From contig OZ219866.1 in the NCBI GenBank assembly GCA_964291675.2, positions 3,149,909 through 3,213,908 on the forward strand: a stretch of 64,000 nt of DNA. The letters are read 5' to 3'. Below, in pieces: positions 43,414-52,988 of the stretch. The notes beneath the pieces were generated by a model, which saw nothing but the letters and a program-made list of their open reading frames with translations, had not been told where the DNA came from and ran no database searches. Every line of letters starts with the position of its first letter. Position 1 is the stretch's first letter. The DNA comes from Alphaproteobacteria bacterium (lineage in GTDB: Bacteria; Pseudomonadota; Alphaproteobacteria; MPNO01). Both the position numbers and the translations under genes were made by a program.

Positions 43414-44676
43414 ATGACCGCTTTCCTCGCCGAGCCGAGATCGATGTTCGCGCCCATCGCCGCCCTTCTGGCCGGCGTGGCGCTGCTGATGCTGGGCAAC
43501 GGGCTGTTTCTCACCCTGGTGCCGCTGCGCGCCGAGCTCGAGGGCTTCGGCGCGGTCTGGATCGGGGCCATCGGCGCGGCCTATTTCACCGGCTTCGTGC
43601 TGGGTTGCTATCTGGTGCCGCCGCTGGTCTCCCGGGTCGGCCATATCCGGGTCTATGCCGCGGTCGCGGCTCTCGGCGCCATCGTTCCGCTGCTGCACGC
43701 GCTGGCGCTGCTCCCGGCGGCCTGGATCCTGTTTCGCATCGTGCTGGGGCTGTGCATTTCCGGGCTCTACATGGTGATCGAGAGCTGGCTCAACGCCGCC
43801 TCGACCCCGCGCAACCGGGGCACCGTGTTCTCGGCCTATATCGCGATCCACCTGGCGGCCGTCACCGCGGGTCAATACCTCATCCTGATCGATTCTCCGG
43901 GCGGCCCGGAGCTGTTCTCCGTGGCGACGATCCTGTTCGCGCTCGCCGTCGTCCCGGTCTGCCTGAGCCGCGCGCCGTCGCCGTCGCTGCCGGTGCGGGC
44001 GCGGCCGGATCTGCGCAAGCTGTGGCGCAACTCGCAGGTCGGGGTGATCGGCTGCCTGACCAACGGCATGGCGAACGGCGCGGTCTGGAGCCTGGCGCCG
44101 ATCTACGCCAAGAGCCTGGGGCTGTCGCTTGCCGGCATCGCGGTCTTCGTCAGCATCGCGATCGTCGGCGGGGCGTTCGTCCAGTACCCGCTCGGCCGCC
44201 TCTCCGACCGCCTGCCCGACCGGCGCTGGCTGATCGCCGCGCTGTGCGCGATCGCCACCTGCGCCGGTCTGGCTCTCCTGCTGCTGGCGAGTGTCCTGCC
44301 CCTTCCCGTCGTCTATGCGGCCTATTTCCTGTTCGGGGCGGCGGCGTTCTCGATCTACGGCTTTGCCGTCGCCCATGCCAACGACCATGCGGATCCGGGC
44401 GATTTCGTCGAGATCAGCGCGGGCCTCCTGGTGATTTTCGGGATCGGCGCGGTTGTCGGACCGCTGCTCGCCTCGGCGCTCATGGAGGCGCTGGGGACCC
44501 GATACCTGTTCCTGTTCACCTGCGCGGTGCATGCCTCGGTGGCGCTGTGGACGGTCTGGCGGATGAGGCAGCGCGATGCCGTCGCGCCCGAAGACCGCGA
44601 GGACTACGTGCCGATGGTGCGGACATCGCCCAACGCCTTCGCCCTCGATCCGCGCGCCGACGACGAAGCGCCCTGA
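43414..44676 (+). CDS. MFS transporter
   Basis: ATG 43414 gives 420 aa and 12 TM, with ..GYLVPPLVSRVGHIR.. loop motif. Confidence 0.8.
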   Translation: MTAFLAEPRSMFAPIAALLAGVALLMLGNGLFLTLVPLRAELEGFGAVWIGAIGAAYFTGFVLGCYLVPPLVSRVGHIRVYAAVAALGAIVPLLHALALLPAAWILFRIVLGLCISGLYMVIESWLNAASTPRNRGTVFSAYIAIHLAAVTAGQYLILIDSPGGPELFSVATILFALAVVPVCLSRAPSPSLPVRARPDLRKLWRNSQVGVIGCLTNGMANGAVWSLAPIYAKSLGLSLAGIAVFVSIAIVGGAFVQYPLGRLSDRLPDRRWLIAALCAIATCAGLALLLLASVLPLPVVYAAYFLFGAAAFSIYGFAVAHANDHADPGDFVEISAGLLVIFGIGAVVGPLLASALMEALGTRYLFLFTCAVHASVALWTVWRMRQRDAVAPEDREDYVPMVRTSPNAFALDPRADDEAP

Positions 44677-44729
44677 CAGGGGCGCCGGCCGCGCCTATCC
44701 TCGCCGCCCGGAGCCAGCGGAGGGCGCAG

Positions 44730-45575
44730 ATGAAGCTGATCAGCTACCGCCATGCGGGCAGGGAGGGGTATGGCGCCGTCAGGGACGGCGGCATCGTCGA
44801 TCTCGGCGCCCGCGTCGGCGGCGAGTTCCCGACCCTGCAAGACGCGATCGCCGGGCTCGCCTTGTCGCGCATCGAGGCCGAGGCGGGCGCGGAGCCGGAT
44901 TTCGCCCTCGACGAGGTCGAGCCCATGTTTCCCGTGACCGCGCCCGGCAAGATCCTGTGCATCGGGCGGAACTATCGCGGCTACCACGAGGTGCTCGCCG
45001 ATGGCGGGCCGGAATGGCCGAGCGTGTTCCCCCGGTTCGCGTCGAGCTTCGCCGCGCATGGCGAGCCCGTCCTGAAACCCCGCGTGTCCGACGAACTGGA
45101 CTTCGAGGGCGAGCTCTGCGTCATCATCGGCAAGGCGGGGCGCCACATCCCGGAGGACCGGGCGATGGACTATATCGCCGGCTACACGGCGATGAACGAG
45201 GGCTCGGTGCGCGACTGGCAGAGCCGCGGGACGCAGAACTGCCCCGGCAAGAACTTTTACCGGGCCGGCGCGATCGGGCCCTGGATGGTGACGGCGGACG
45301 AGGTCGGCGATATCGGCGACCTCGCGATCCGCACCAGGGTCGACGGCGAGCTTCGCCAGGACGGCTCGACCGCGATGATGATCTTCAAGGTGCCGTTCCT
45401 GATCGCCCATATCTCGCGCTTCACCTGGCTGGAGCCCGGCGACATGATCGCGACGGGAAGCCCCGGCGGCTCGGCGGTGTCCGAGCAGACGCCGCGCTGG
45501 CTCCGCCCCGGCCAGGAGGTCGAAGTCGAGGTCGAGCGGATCGGCGTGCTGAAAAACCCGGTGGCGGCGGAATAG
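44730..45575 (+). CDS. fumarylacetoacetate hydrolase (FAH) family protein
   Basis: 281 aa with ..KILCIGRNY.., ..LDFEGELCVIIGK.. and ..GDMIATGSPGG.. Confidence 0.85.
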   Translation: MKLISYRHAGREGYGAVRDGGIVDLGARVGGEFPTLQDAIAGLALSRIEAEAGAEPDFALDEVEPMFPVTAPGKILCIGRNYRGYHEVLADGGPEWPSVFPRFASSFAAHGEPVLKPRVSDELDFEGELCVIIGKAGRHIPEDRAMDYIAGYTAMNEGSVRDWQSRGTQNCPGKNFYRAGAIGPWMVTADEVGDIGDLAIRTRVDGELRQDGSTAMMIFKVPFLIAHISRFTWLEPGDMIATGSPGGSAVSEQTPRWLRPGQEVEVEVERIGVLKNPVAAE

Positions 45576-45580
45576 CGGCG

Positions 45581-46639
45581 CTACCCGCGCGGGCGCCCGA
45601 GTTCTTCCGCGAGGCGCCTGATCTCGAGCACGCGTTCGCCCGTCGCGGGATGGGTCGACAGCCATGACGGTCCGCCGCCCGCATCGTCGGCGGAAAGCCG
45701 CTCGAAGAACCGCGTCAGCGCCGCCGGATCGTAGCCCGCCCTGGAAGCGATCCCCACGCCGATCCGGTCCGCCTCGCGTTCGTGCTCGCGCGAATGGGCG
45801 AGCGAGAGAAGCAGCCCGCCTTCCAGCAGCATGTCGTCCAGAACCGGGCCCACGTCGCCGACGATCACCGCGACAAGGAGATAGGTGCCGAGGCTGCGAT
45901 AGACGCGGCGTAGCCCGTGGGCCTCGGCGACATGGGCGATCTCGTGCCCCAGCACGCCCGCGATCACGTCGGGTTCGGGGAATGCCCTCACCAGCTCGTC
46001 GGTAACGACGATGGTGCCGCCCGGCAGGGCGAAGGCGTTCGGGCCCACTTTCGGCATGCTGCGGAACACCAGCTTGTAAGCGCCGAAGCGGGGCGCGGGC
46101 GCCACCGCCCCCAGCCGCTCGAACACCCCGCGCGTCCGGTTCCGTTGTTCCTCGTCCAGGCCCGACGGTTCGGCCAGCGTCCGGTCGGCGAAGGCGAGGT
46201 GGCCGTCGTCGACGGCGCGGGTGAGTGCGTCGGGGGTGAACGCCAGCGCGACGGCGACCAACGCGCCGAGCCCCCAGCGCCAGACCGCGAAGCCCGCCAC
46301 GAAGGCGAGCGCCACCACGAGGACCAGCCGCGGACGCCACGCCTCCCAGCGATGCAGGCGGTCGGTGCGGTCGGTTCCCAGCAACGCATCGACCGCGTCG
46401 TGATGGTGGCTGGTGAAGCGCCAGCCGCCGGGAAAATGGGCGGTGGCGGGCAGACTGCCCAGCCGGCGCTCGCGGCGGATCGCCGAAGGCGCTGCGCTCG
46501 CCAGCACCGTGCCGTCGTCGCGGTCGACCAGCTCGACGGCGCCGCCATCGGCCGCGGCGCGCAGACGGGCCGCGATCCGCCGCGACGATCCGGCGGCATA
46601 GGCCTCGCCCGTGGGCGCCTCAGGCGGCCGCCCCGACAT
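45581..46639 (-). CDS. M48-family zinc metallopeptidase with a soluble N-terminal domain and 2 TM
   Basis: It has HExxH in ..GVLGHEIAHVAEAHG.. and downstream ..EREADRIG.. The start overlaps the upstream DUF898 gene by 20 nt. Confidence 0.85.
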   Translation of the reverse strand: MSGRPPEAPTGEAYAAGSSRRIAARLRAAADGGAVELVDRDDGTVLASAAPSAIRRERRLGSLPATAHFPGGWRFTSHHHDAVDALLGTDRTDRLHRWEAWRPRLVLVVALAFVAGFAVWRWGLGALVAVALAFTPDALTRAVDDGHLAFADRTLAEPSGLDEEQRNRTRGVFERLGAVAPAPRFGAYKLVFRSMPKVGPNAFALPGGTIVVTDELVRAFPEPDVIAGVLGHEIAHVAEAHGLRRVYRSLGTYLLVAVIVGDVGPVLDDMLLEGGLLLSLAHSREHEREADRIGVGIASRAGYDPAALTRFFERLSADDAGGGPSWLSTHPATGERVLEIRRLAEELGRPRG

Positions 46640-47705
46640 CCGCGCCGCCTAAATCCATATAGGCATCGCCCACGGCCGATTGCCGGCATTCCGCCTCGCT
46701 GGTGAAGCGGTCGAGCGAACCCGCAGGCCTGATCCAGGTGTTGGCGCACAGATACCGCGCCACGCGGATGCGCGCCCAGGGCAGCAGCAACCCCAGCGAA
46801 GCGACGACGGCGACCGCATTGCTGATCGCGATCCACACCAGCCGCGTTGCCGAAATGGTCGATGCGAACCGGTGCCCGCCTTCGAGCGCGGTGCCGGCAT
46901 AGACGGCATTGCGCACGAACGCGCCATAGATCGTCTTCAGTGGCAGGACCGCGACCAGGATCAGGCCAATGAACGCGGCCATGCCGATATCGTGCTCGTA
47001 GCCGCTGCTGCGGATTGCGCGTTCGAAATCGTCCGCAAGCCCGCTTGCCGCCAGGACGCAGACAAACAGCACGAAGACCGCGACGAACCATGCCGCCGAC
47101 CATGCCGCCGTCAGGAGGAGGGCGCGATAGAACGGCCCGATCCCGCCGTTGAAGGAAAACCGCCGATCCCCCAGCGAATGCCCTCCGATCGTATACCGTT
47201 TCATCTCCCGCGCGGCGAAAGGGAATGCCAGAAAGAGGGTAGAGGCCGCGAGGAGAGGGAAGATAGCGAAAACGCTGATGGCTCGCTGTCCCGTCCCGTC
47301 GAAGCGGAATCGGACATCCGACCAGCTCGTTACCGACGCGTTGAACCTCAGCGCCTGATAAATGAACACGGGGGTGACGCCCAACAAGCCTATGGAACTG
47401 ATGGCGAAGTCAGGGTTGAGCGACGACCAAACGCCCATCGCCCCGAACAAGCCGACCACGATGGCGCGGCCGACGAGGACCTGACGGCCCGTGGCATGGT
47501 AGCCGAAGGGCCGGCCGCCGATGGTGGTGTTGCCGAGGAAGTACTTCTTGTTCCTGACCTTCGCCCAGGCCGAGTAGATGCCGAGCGTGGCGATCGACAG
47601 CAGCACGTTGACGATCCAGATGCCGAAATATTCGCGGGCATCGCCGGTAAACCGGACGGGGACGGTTTCGGTCGCACCATGCATCTCGCTCTGCCTTTGC
47701 TGCAT
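46620..47705 (-). CDS. DUF898 (YjgN-like) family membrane protein, paralog 1
   Basis: 361 aa with ..FTGDAREYFGIWIVNVLLSIATLGIYSAWAKVRNKKYFLGNT.. Confidence 0.75.
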   Translation of the reverse strand: MQQRQSEMHGATETVPVRFTGDAREYFGIWIVNVLLSIATLGIYSAWAKVRNKKYFLGNTTIGGRPFGYHATGRQVLVGRAIVVGLFGAMGVWSSLNPDFAISSIGLLGVTPVFIYQALRFNASVTSWSDVRFRFDGTGQRAISVFAIFPLLAASTLFLAFPFAAREMKRYTIGGHSLGDRRFSFNGGIGPFYRALLLTAAWSAAWFVAVFVLFVCVLAASGLADDFERAIRSSGYEHDIGMAAFIGLILVAVLPLKTIYGAFVRNAVYAGTALEGGHRFASTISATRLVWIAISNAVAVVASLGLLLPWARIRVARYLCANTWIRPAGSLDRFTSEAECRQSAVGDAYMDLGGADVGAAA

Positions 47706-47798
47706 GCGGTGCGTCCCGGATGCGCCAAGGCGCGCGGGCTGTCCATGCGGCGTTTCGCCGCGCCACGCCGGCAGCAGGGAAACCGGGGCGCCCCTGTC

Positions 47799-48863
47799 TC
47801 AGACGGCGGCGCCGACATCGATGCCCTCGATGTCCAGGAAAGCATCGCCGAACGCCGACTGCCGGCGCTCGGCCTCGCCGACGAAGTCGTCGAGCGAACC
47901 GGCGGGCCTTATGAAGGTATGGGCGCACAAATAGTGCGCCACGCGAATCCGTGCCCAAGGGAGCAGCATTCCCATCGAGAAGACGACGGCGAGTGCGTTG
48001 CTGATGGCGATCCAGACCAGCCTGGGCGGCGCGATCGTCGATTCGAAGCGGTGGCCGCCTTCGAGGGCGGTTCCGGCGTAAATCGCGTTGCGCGTGAAGG
48101 CGCCGTATATCGTGGCCGCGGGAAACAGCGCCACGAACCAGATCGCCGCGGCGACGAACAGCATGAGGATGGTGACGCCGTCGGACGGATCGCCGGTCTG
48201 GAGGTCGAGCATGACCCGCTCCGCCATCCCGCTGTTCAGGATCACCCCGAGGGTCAACGCGATGCCGACGACGGCCCATATGGCGGTGCAGAGGAACGCG
48301 ACGTAGAACGGTCCGATCCCGCTGTCGAAGGCGAAGCGGTGCCCGCCCAGCCGATGTCGACCGATTCTGTATCGCGCGGCGGCCCTGGTCACGTAGGGAA
48401 GTGCCAGATAGAGGCTGAAGAGCGCAAGAAACGGGTAGAGCAGGAACACGAGGAAAGCGGGCCAGTAGCTCCCTTCGAACCGGAAGCGCAGATTGGACCA
48501 GCTGGTCATTGCCGCGTTGAAGCGCAGCCCCCGATTGATCAGCCAGGGCAGGATCGCCGCGTACAACAGGACCAGAACAGGCACCGCGACCGGAAGGAAG
48601 GTCGAGGCGACGGAATACAGCGCGATCGCCGCGACCACGATGGCGCGGCCGATGAGTATCTGGAGGCCCGCGGCGTGATACGCGAACGGCCGGCCGTCGA
48701 TGCTCGTGTTGCCCAGGAAGTACTGCCTGTTTCGCACCTTCGCCCAGGCCGAGTAGACGCCGAGCGTGACGATCGACAGCAGCAGATTGATCAGCCAGAT
48801 GCCGAAATATTCCCGGGCGTTGCCGGAGAATTGCACCGGGATCGCCGAAGTTGCAAACTGCAC
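47799..48863 (-). CDS. DUF898 (YjgN-like) family membrane protein, paralog 2
   Basis: 354 aa with ..FSGNAREYFGIWLINLLLSIVTLGVYSAWAKVRNRQYFLGNT.. It is collinear with paralog 1. Confidence 0.75.
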   Translation of the reverse strand: MQFATSAIPVQFSGNAREYFGIWLINLLLSIVTLGVYSAWAKVRNRQYFLGNTSIDGRPFAYHAAGLQILIGRAIVVAAIALYSVASTFLPVAVPVLVLLYAAILPWLINRGLRFNAAMTSWSNLRFRFEGSYWPAFLVFLLYPFLALFSLYLALPYVTRAAARYRIGRHRLGGHRFAFDSGIGPFYVAFLCTAIWAVVGIALTLGVILNSGMAERVMLDLQTGDPSDGVTILMLFVAAAIWFVALFPAATIYGAFTRNAIYAGTALEGGHRFESTIAPPRLVWIAISNALAVVFSMGMLLPWARIRVAHYLCAHTFIRPAGSLDDFVGEAERRQSAFGDAFLDIEGIDVGAAV

Positions 48864-48945
48864 GCGCTATTTCTTTCCATGCGGGTGTCCCGCCTACATG
48901 GGGATGGCCGCGAGGCGTGTCAATTGGCCGCCGCGCCGGGCGGGA

Positions 48946-50922
48946 TCAGTGGAACAGCAGCGACGGGTACCAGAGCACCGCGACGATGCGGTCGAACATG
49001 ACATAGAGGAAGACCCATCCCGCCGCCGCGTAGATCGCCGCGATCCACCACCGGTAGCGGCCCCAGACCAGGAGGTAGAGGGCGACGAACAGGGGAAGGG
49101 CGACGAGCTGGCCGGCGGCGACGGTGACCGCGAAGAGGCCGATCCACCAGAGATAGAGCTGGCCCACGCGGAAAAGCTCGCGGCCTACCGGGAAGACCTC
49201 GCCGCCCTCGGCGCGGAGGCGGCGGATCTCCCGCGCGCCCTGCCAGAGGGCGACCGCGGCAAGGCAGATCGCCGGGATCATGGTGATCATCGGGGTCCCG
49301 CCGACATCGGCCGGCCAGGCGAAGGTCGGCACCAGCCCGTAGACGCAGGCCGCGAGCAGTATGCCGACCGCGACCATGGACACCGTCGGGTCGGTGCGCC
49401 CGAGATCGGCGACGATGCTGGTTCCCGCCTCCCGCCGCGTCCGGCTCCGCCGGACCGCGAAGACGATGGAAAGCACGATCAGCACGCCGATGACCAGGCA
49501 GATCGGCCGTCCGAGCCAGGACAGGCCGTCATGCGCCGAGCTGGTGATGAACAGCGCGTTCTCCATGATCGGGCCGATCACGAAGCCCAGCACCATCGGC
49601 GGGCGCGGCACCCCGCCATGCTTCATCGCGTAGCCGACCAGGCCGAAGACCAGCAGCGCGATCCAGTCGCCGATATTGGAGTTGGCGAGCCACGCGCCCA
49701 TGAACACGAAGAGCACGATCGCCGGCACCACCAGATGTCCCGGCAGGAAGGTCACCCTCGCCACCTGCCGGGCGAGCAGCATCAGCAGCAGCGCGCCCGC
49801 GACATTGGCGATCACCAGCGTCCACATCAGCGAGAAGGTGATGTCGAGCTTGCTGGTCAGCATCTCCGGCCCGGGCGTCATGTCCTGGATCATCAGCGCG
49901 CCGAGCAGGATCGCCATCGAGGCGCTGCCCGGGATACCGAAGGCGACGGTCGGGATCAGCGCGCCCCCTTTCATCGCGTTGTTGGCGGTCTCGGGCGCGA
50001 TCACCCCGCGCACGTCGCCCTTGCCGAACCCTGCCTTGTCCTTCGCGCTCTGCACCACGTGGCCGTAGGCGACCCAGTCGACGATGGAGCCGCCGAGCCC
50101 GGGCAGCATCCCGACATAGGCGCCGATCGCCGTCGAGCGCAGCACCAGCCACCGGTTGCGCCAGGCGTCGCGGATGCCGGTCATCATCCCGCCCGCCATG
50201 CGGTCCTCCGGCACGCGCGAGATCGAGCTGTTGCGGATCGCGAGGTCGATCACCTCCGGCAGGGCGAACAGCCCGAGCACGACCGGGATCAGCGGCAGCC
50301 CCTCCAGCAGATAGGTCGTGCCCAGCCAGTAGCGCGGCACCGCGCCGTTCTCGGCATAGCCGACATAGGAAAGGCCCAGCCCGCAGAGGGCGGCGAGCAG
50401 GCCGCGCAGGATCGAATCGCCCGACAGCGAGCCCACCATGGCGAGGCCGAGCAGGCCCAGCATGAAGAACTCGGCCTGGGTGAAGGAGAGGATCAGCGGC
50501 TTGACGATGGGGATCGACAGCCCCAGCACCACCGCGCCCAGCAGACCGCCGACGGCGGACACGGTGAACGCCGCGCCGAAGGCGCGCGAGGCCTCGCCCT
50601 TCATCGCCATCGGGTAGCCGTCCAGGATGGTCGCCTGCGAGGCGGCGGTCCCGGGAATGCCCAGCAGCACCGAGGCGATGGTGTCGCTGGTGGTGGTGAC
50701 CGCGAACATGCCGAGCAGGAAGGCGAGCGCCGGCACCGGCTCCATCGAGAAGGTGAAGGGCAGCAGGATCGCCATCCCCACCAGCCCCGACAGGCCGGGG
50801 ACCGCGCCGAAATAGAGCCCGATGAAGACGCCGAGGAAGAGGTACCCGATGGCCGGCCAGGCGACCACCGATACCAGCCCGCTCAGCGCCGCATCGAACA
50901 TCGGGATGTCCGGACAGGACAC
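48946..50922 (-). CDS. tripartite tricarboxylate transporter permease TctA with a C-terminal TctB-like 4-TM extension
   Basis: 658 aa. The first approx. 500 aa are TctA-like (..GLYFGAVPGLSG.., ..IPGSASMAILLGA..). The last approx. 150 aa form four further TM helices. The start may be Met8 (50901). Confidence 0.8.
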   Translation of the reverse strand: MSCPDIPMFDAALSGLVSVVAWPAIGYLFLGVFIGLYFGAVPGLSGLVGMAILLPFTFSMEPVPALAFLLGMFAVTTTSDTIASVLLGIPGTAASQATILDGYPMAMKGEASRAFGAAFTVSAVGGLLGAVVLGLSIPIVKPLILSFTQAEFFMLGLLGLAMVGSLSGDSILRGLLAALCGLGLSYVGYAENGAVPRYWLGTTYLLEGLPLIPVVLGLFALPEVIDLAIRNSSISRVPEDRMAGGMMTGIRDAWRNRWLVLRSTAIGAYVGMLPGLGGSIVDWVAYGHVVQSAKDKAGFGKGDVRGVIAPETANNAMKGGALIPTVAFGIPGSASMAILLGALMIQDMTPGPEMLTSKLDITFSLMWTLVIANVAGALLLMLLARQVARVTFLPGHLVVPAIVLFVFMGAWLANSNIGDWIALLVFGLVGYAMKHGGVPRPPMVLGFVIGPIMENALFITSSAHDGLSWLGRPICLVIGVLIVLSIVFAVRRSRTRREAGTSIVADLGRTDPTVSMVAVGILLAACVYGLVPTFAWPADVGGTPMITMIPAICLAAVALWQGAREIRRLRAEGGEVFPVGRELFRVGQLYLWWIGLFAVTVAAGQLVALPLFVALYLLVWGRYRWWIAAIYAAAGWVFLYVMFDRIVAVLWYPSLLFH

Positions 50923-50973
50923 CCGGACGGCATCGCTCCGCCCGGGTGCGTCAGTGCCTCGGGAACGCTTCGG

Positions 50974-52038
50974 CTACTTGCGGCCGATGAGGTCCTTGAA
51001 GAAGGCGACGATCTCGGGCGAGACCTTGCCCGCCGCGTCCACATGCGCCTGCGCCGCTTCCGCGAGGATGATGTTCGGCGGCGCCTTGATCACCTTGGTG
51101 TAGTCGGCGGCGAAGTCCTTGTCCGTGGCCACGGCGGCCCAGGCCGCGCGCAACGCCTTGACCGCCTCGTCGGGCGTACCCGCCGGGACGAAGGAGCCGC
51201 GCAGCATGCTCACCGACAGGTTGTTGATGAGCTGGAAGGCATCGTACTGCACGCCCGAGGGCGTCTTGCCCTTGAGCTTCCGATAGACGTCGAGATAGGT
51301 CGGGATGCCCTTGAGATGCGGGTTGCGCACCTCCTTGCCGTCCGCGCCGACCGCCGAGTAGTACCACAGCGCGATGGCGTGGCCGGGCTGGATCAGGTTG
51401 GGCTCGACGTTCTTGCGGAAGCCGGGCACCGAGCCGCAGGAGAACTGGGTCTCGTTCTGCATCACGCCCGCGACCACCTTGGCGAGACCCTTGTAGCCGG
51501 TGACGTATTTGTAATCCGCGCCCAGCAGGTCGAGCGCCATGCGGAAGCGGAGATCGTGCGACGACGTGACCCGCATGCCGGCGGCCTTGAACCCCTTGAT
51601 CTTCAGCAGGTCGTCGACCTTGCTCACGCCCGCGTCCTTGCGGATGTAGCACACCTGCGGGTGGCCGATGCCGGCGAGCCAGACGAACTTGGAGAAGTCG
51701 ACGCGCAGCCCGGGGTCCTGGAGCACCTGCGAGATCAGCGGCGGGGTGAAAATCGCGAGCGACAGCCCGTCCGGCCTGGCGACCTGGCCCATGTAGTTGG
51801 ACCCGGTGATGCCGCCCGCGCCGGGGACGTTCTTCACGATGATATCGGGGTTGCCCGGGATGTGCTTGCTCAGATGCTTGGCGACCAGCCGGCCCTCGAT
51901 GTCGGTCGGCCCGCCCGCCGAGTAGTTGATCAGGATGGTGATGCGCTTGCCCTTGTAGAACTGCGCCTCCGCCGCGCCGGCAAGGCCGATCACGGCGGCA
52001 ACCGCGCCCGCCAGAGCTACGCTCAGCAGTCGTTTCAT
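50974..52038 (-). CDS. tripartite tricarboxylate transporter substrate-binding protein (TctC/Bug family)
   Basis: It has the signal peptide MKRLLSVALAGAVAAVIGLAGAAEA, with ..AGGPTDIEGRLVA.. and ..VPGAGG.. Confidence 0.8.
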   Translation of the reverse strand: MKRLLSVALAGAVAAVIGLAGAAEAQFYKGKRITILINYSAGGPTDIEGRLVAKHLSKHIPGNPDIIVKNVPGAGGITGSNYMGQVARPDGLSLAIFTPPLISQVLQDPGLRVDFSKFVWLAGIGHPQVCYIRKDAGVSKVDDLLKIKGFKAAGMRVTSSHDLRFRMALDLLGADYKYVTGYKGLAKVVAGVMQNETQFSCGSVPGFRKNVEPNLIQPGHAIALWYYSAVGADGKEVRNPHLKGIPTYLDVYRKLKGKTPSGVQYDAFQLINNLSVSMLRGSFVPAGTPDEAVKALRAAWAAVATDKDFAADYTKVIKAPPNIILAEAAQAHVDAAGKVSPEIVAFFKDLIGRK

Positions 52039-52060
52039 CGTCGTCTCTCCCCTTGATGTA

Positions 52061-52909
52061 TCAGTCCCGCTGGTCGGACAGCATCGTCCCCAGCTTGAAC
52101 GGCTCGAAGGTCGGCTTGTAGCTCTTCTCGTCGAGGAACTGGCGCAGCCCGGTGTTGTAAGAGTCCTCGGCGTCGCCGACCTTGATCGACTGGCCCTTGG
52201 CGGCGAGGTAGTCGTAGGCCTGGTCGAAATCCATCGTGCGCACCTGGCGCACCGCCTGTTTGGTCGCGCGCAGCACCGCCGGGCTCTTCTTCATCAGCTT
52301 CCCGGCGAGCTTGACGGTCTCCGCCTCCAGCTCGTCGTCCGGCACGGCGTAGTTGACCATGCCGATGCGCGCCGCCTCGTCGCCGTCGAACGGATCGCCG
52401 AGGCAGGCATAGTAGAGCGCGTGGCGGGGCAGCACCGCGTCGGAGATCGCCTTGGCGACCAGCGCGCCCGGCAGGATTCCCCAGTTGACCTCGGACAGCG
52501 AGAAGGTCGCGCTCCTGGCGGCGATCGCGAAATCGGCCGCCAGCAGCTGCATGAACGCGCCGCCCACGCAATAGCCGTGGATCATCGCGATGGTCGGCTT
52601 GTCGTAGTTGTAGAGCCGCTGCCAGCGCCAGCTATTGGCGTGGCGCTGCGCCTTCTTGCGCTCGAAGGGGTCGTTCTCCAGCTCGCGGAAGAATTTCTTC
52701 AAGTCCTGGCCGGCGCTGAAATTGCCGCCCGCGCCGGTCACCACGATCACCCGCGCATCCGCGTCGGTCTCCAGCCGGCCGAGCGCGTCGTCCATGTCGT
52801 AGTGGAGCTGCGGGCTCATCGCGTTGCGCTTCTCGGGACGGTTCATGATCGCCCAGGCGATGCCGTCCCGCAGCTCGACCTTGACGCATTCGTAGTTGTA
52901 ATCGGCCAT
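52061..52909 (-). CDS. hydroxycinnamoyl-CoA (feruloyl-CoA) hydratase-lyase family, crotonase fold
   Basis: 282 aa sharing long strings with the Pseudomonas HCHL as I recall it: GIAWAIMNRPEKRNAMSP, KPTIAMIHGYCVGG, SEVNWGILPG, LRQFLDEKSYKP. Confidence 0.75.
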   Translation of the reverse strand: MADYNYECVKVELRDGIAWAIMNRPEKRNAMSPQLHYDMDDALGRLETDADARVIVVTGAGGNFSAGQDLKKFFRELENDPFERKKAQRHANSWRWQRLYNYDKPTIAMIHGYCVGGAFMQLLAADFAIAARSATFSLSEVNWGILPGALVAKAISDAVLPRHALYYACLGDPFDGDEAARIGMVNYAVPDDELEAETVKLAGKLMKKSPAVLRATKQAVRQVRTMDFDQAYDYLAAKGQSIKVGDAEDSYNTGLRQFLDEKSYKPTFEPFKLGTMLSDQRD

Positions 52910-52988
52910 GACCCCTCCTTAGGACGTTCCGTCGTCGCGACCCCAAAAGCTTATCGGAGCGTGGCGGGGAGGCAAACCAGGGTAGAGC

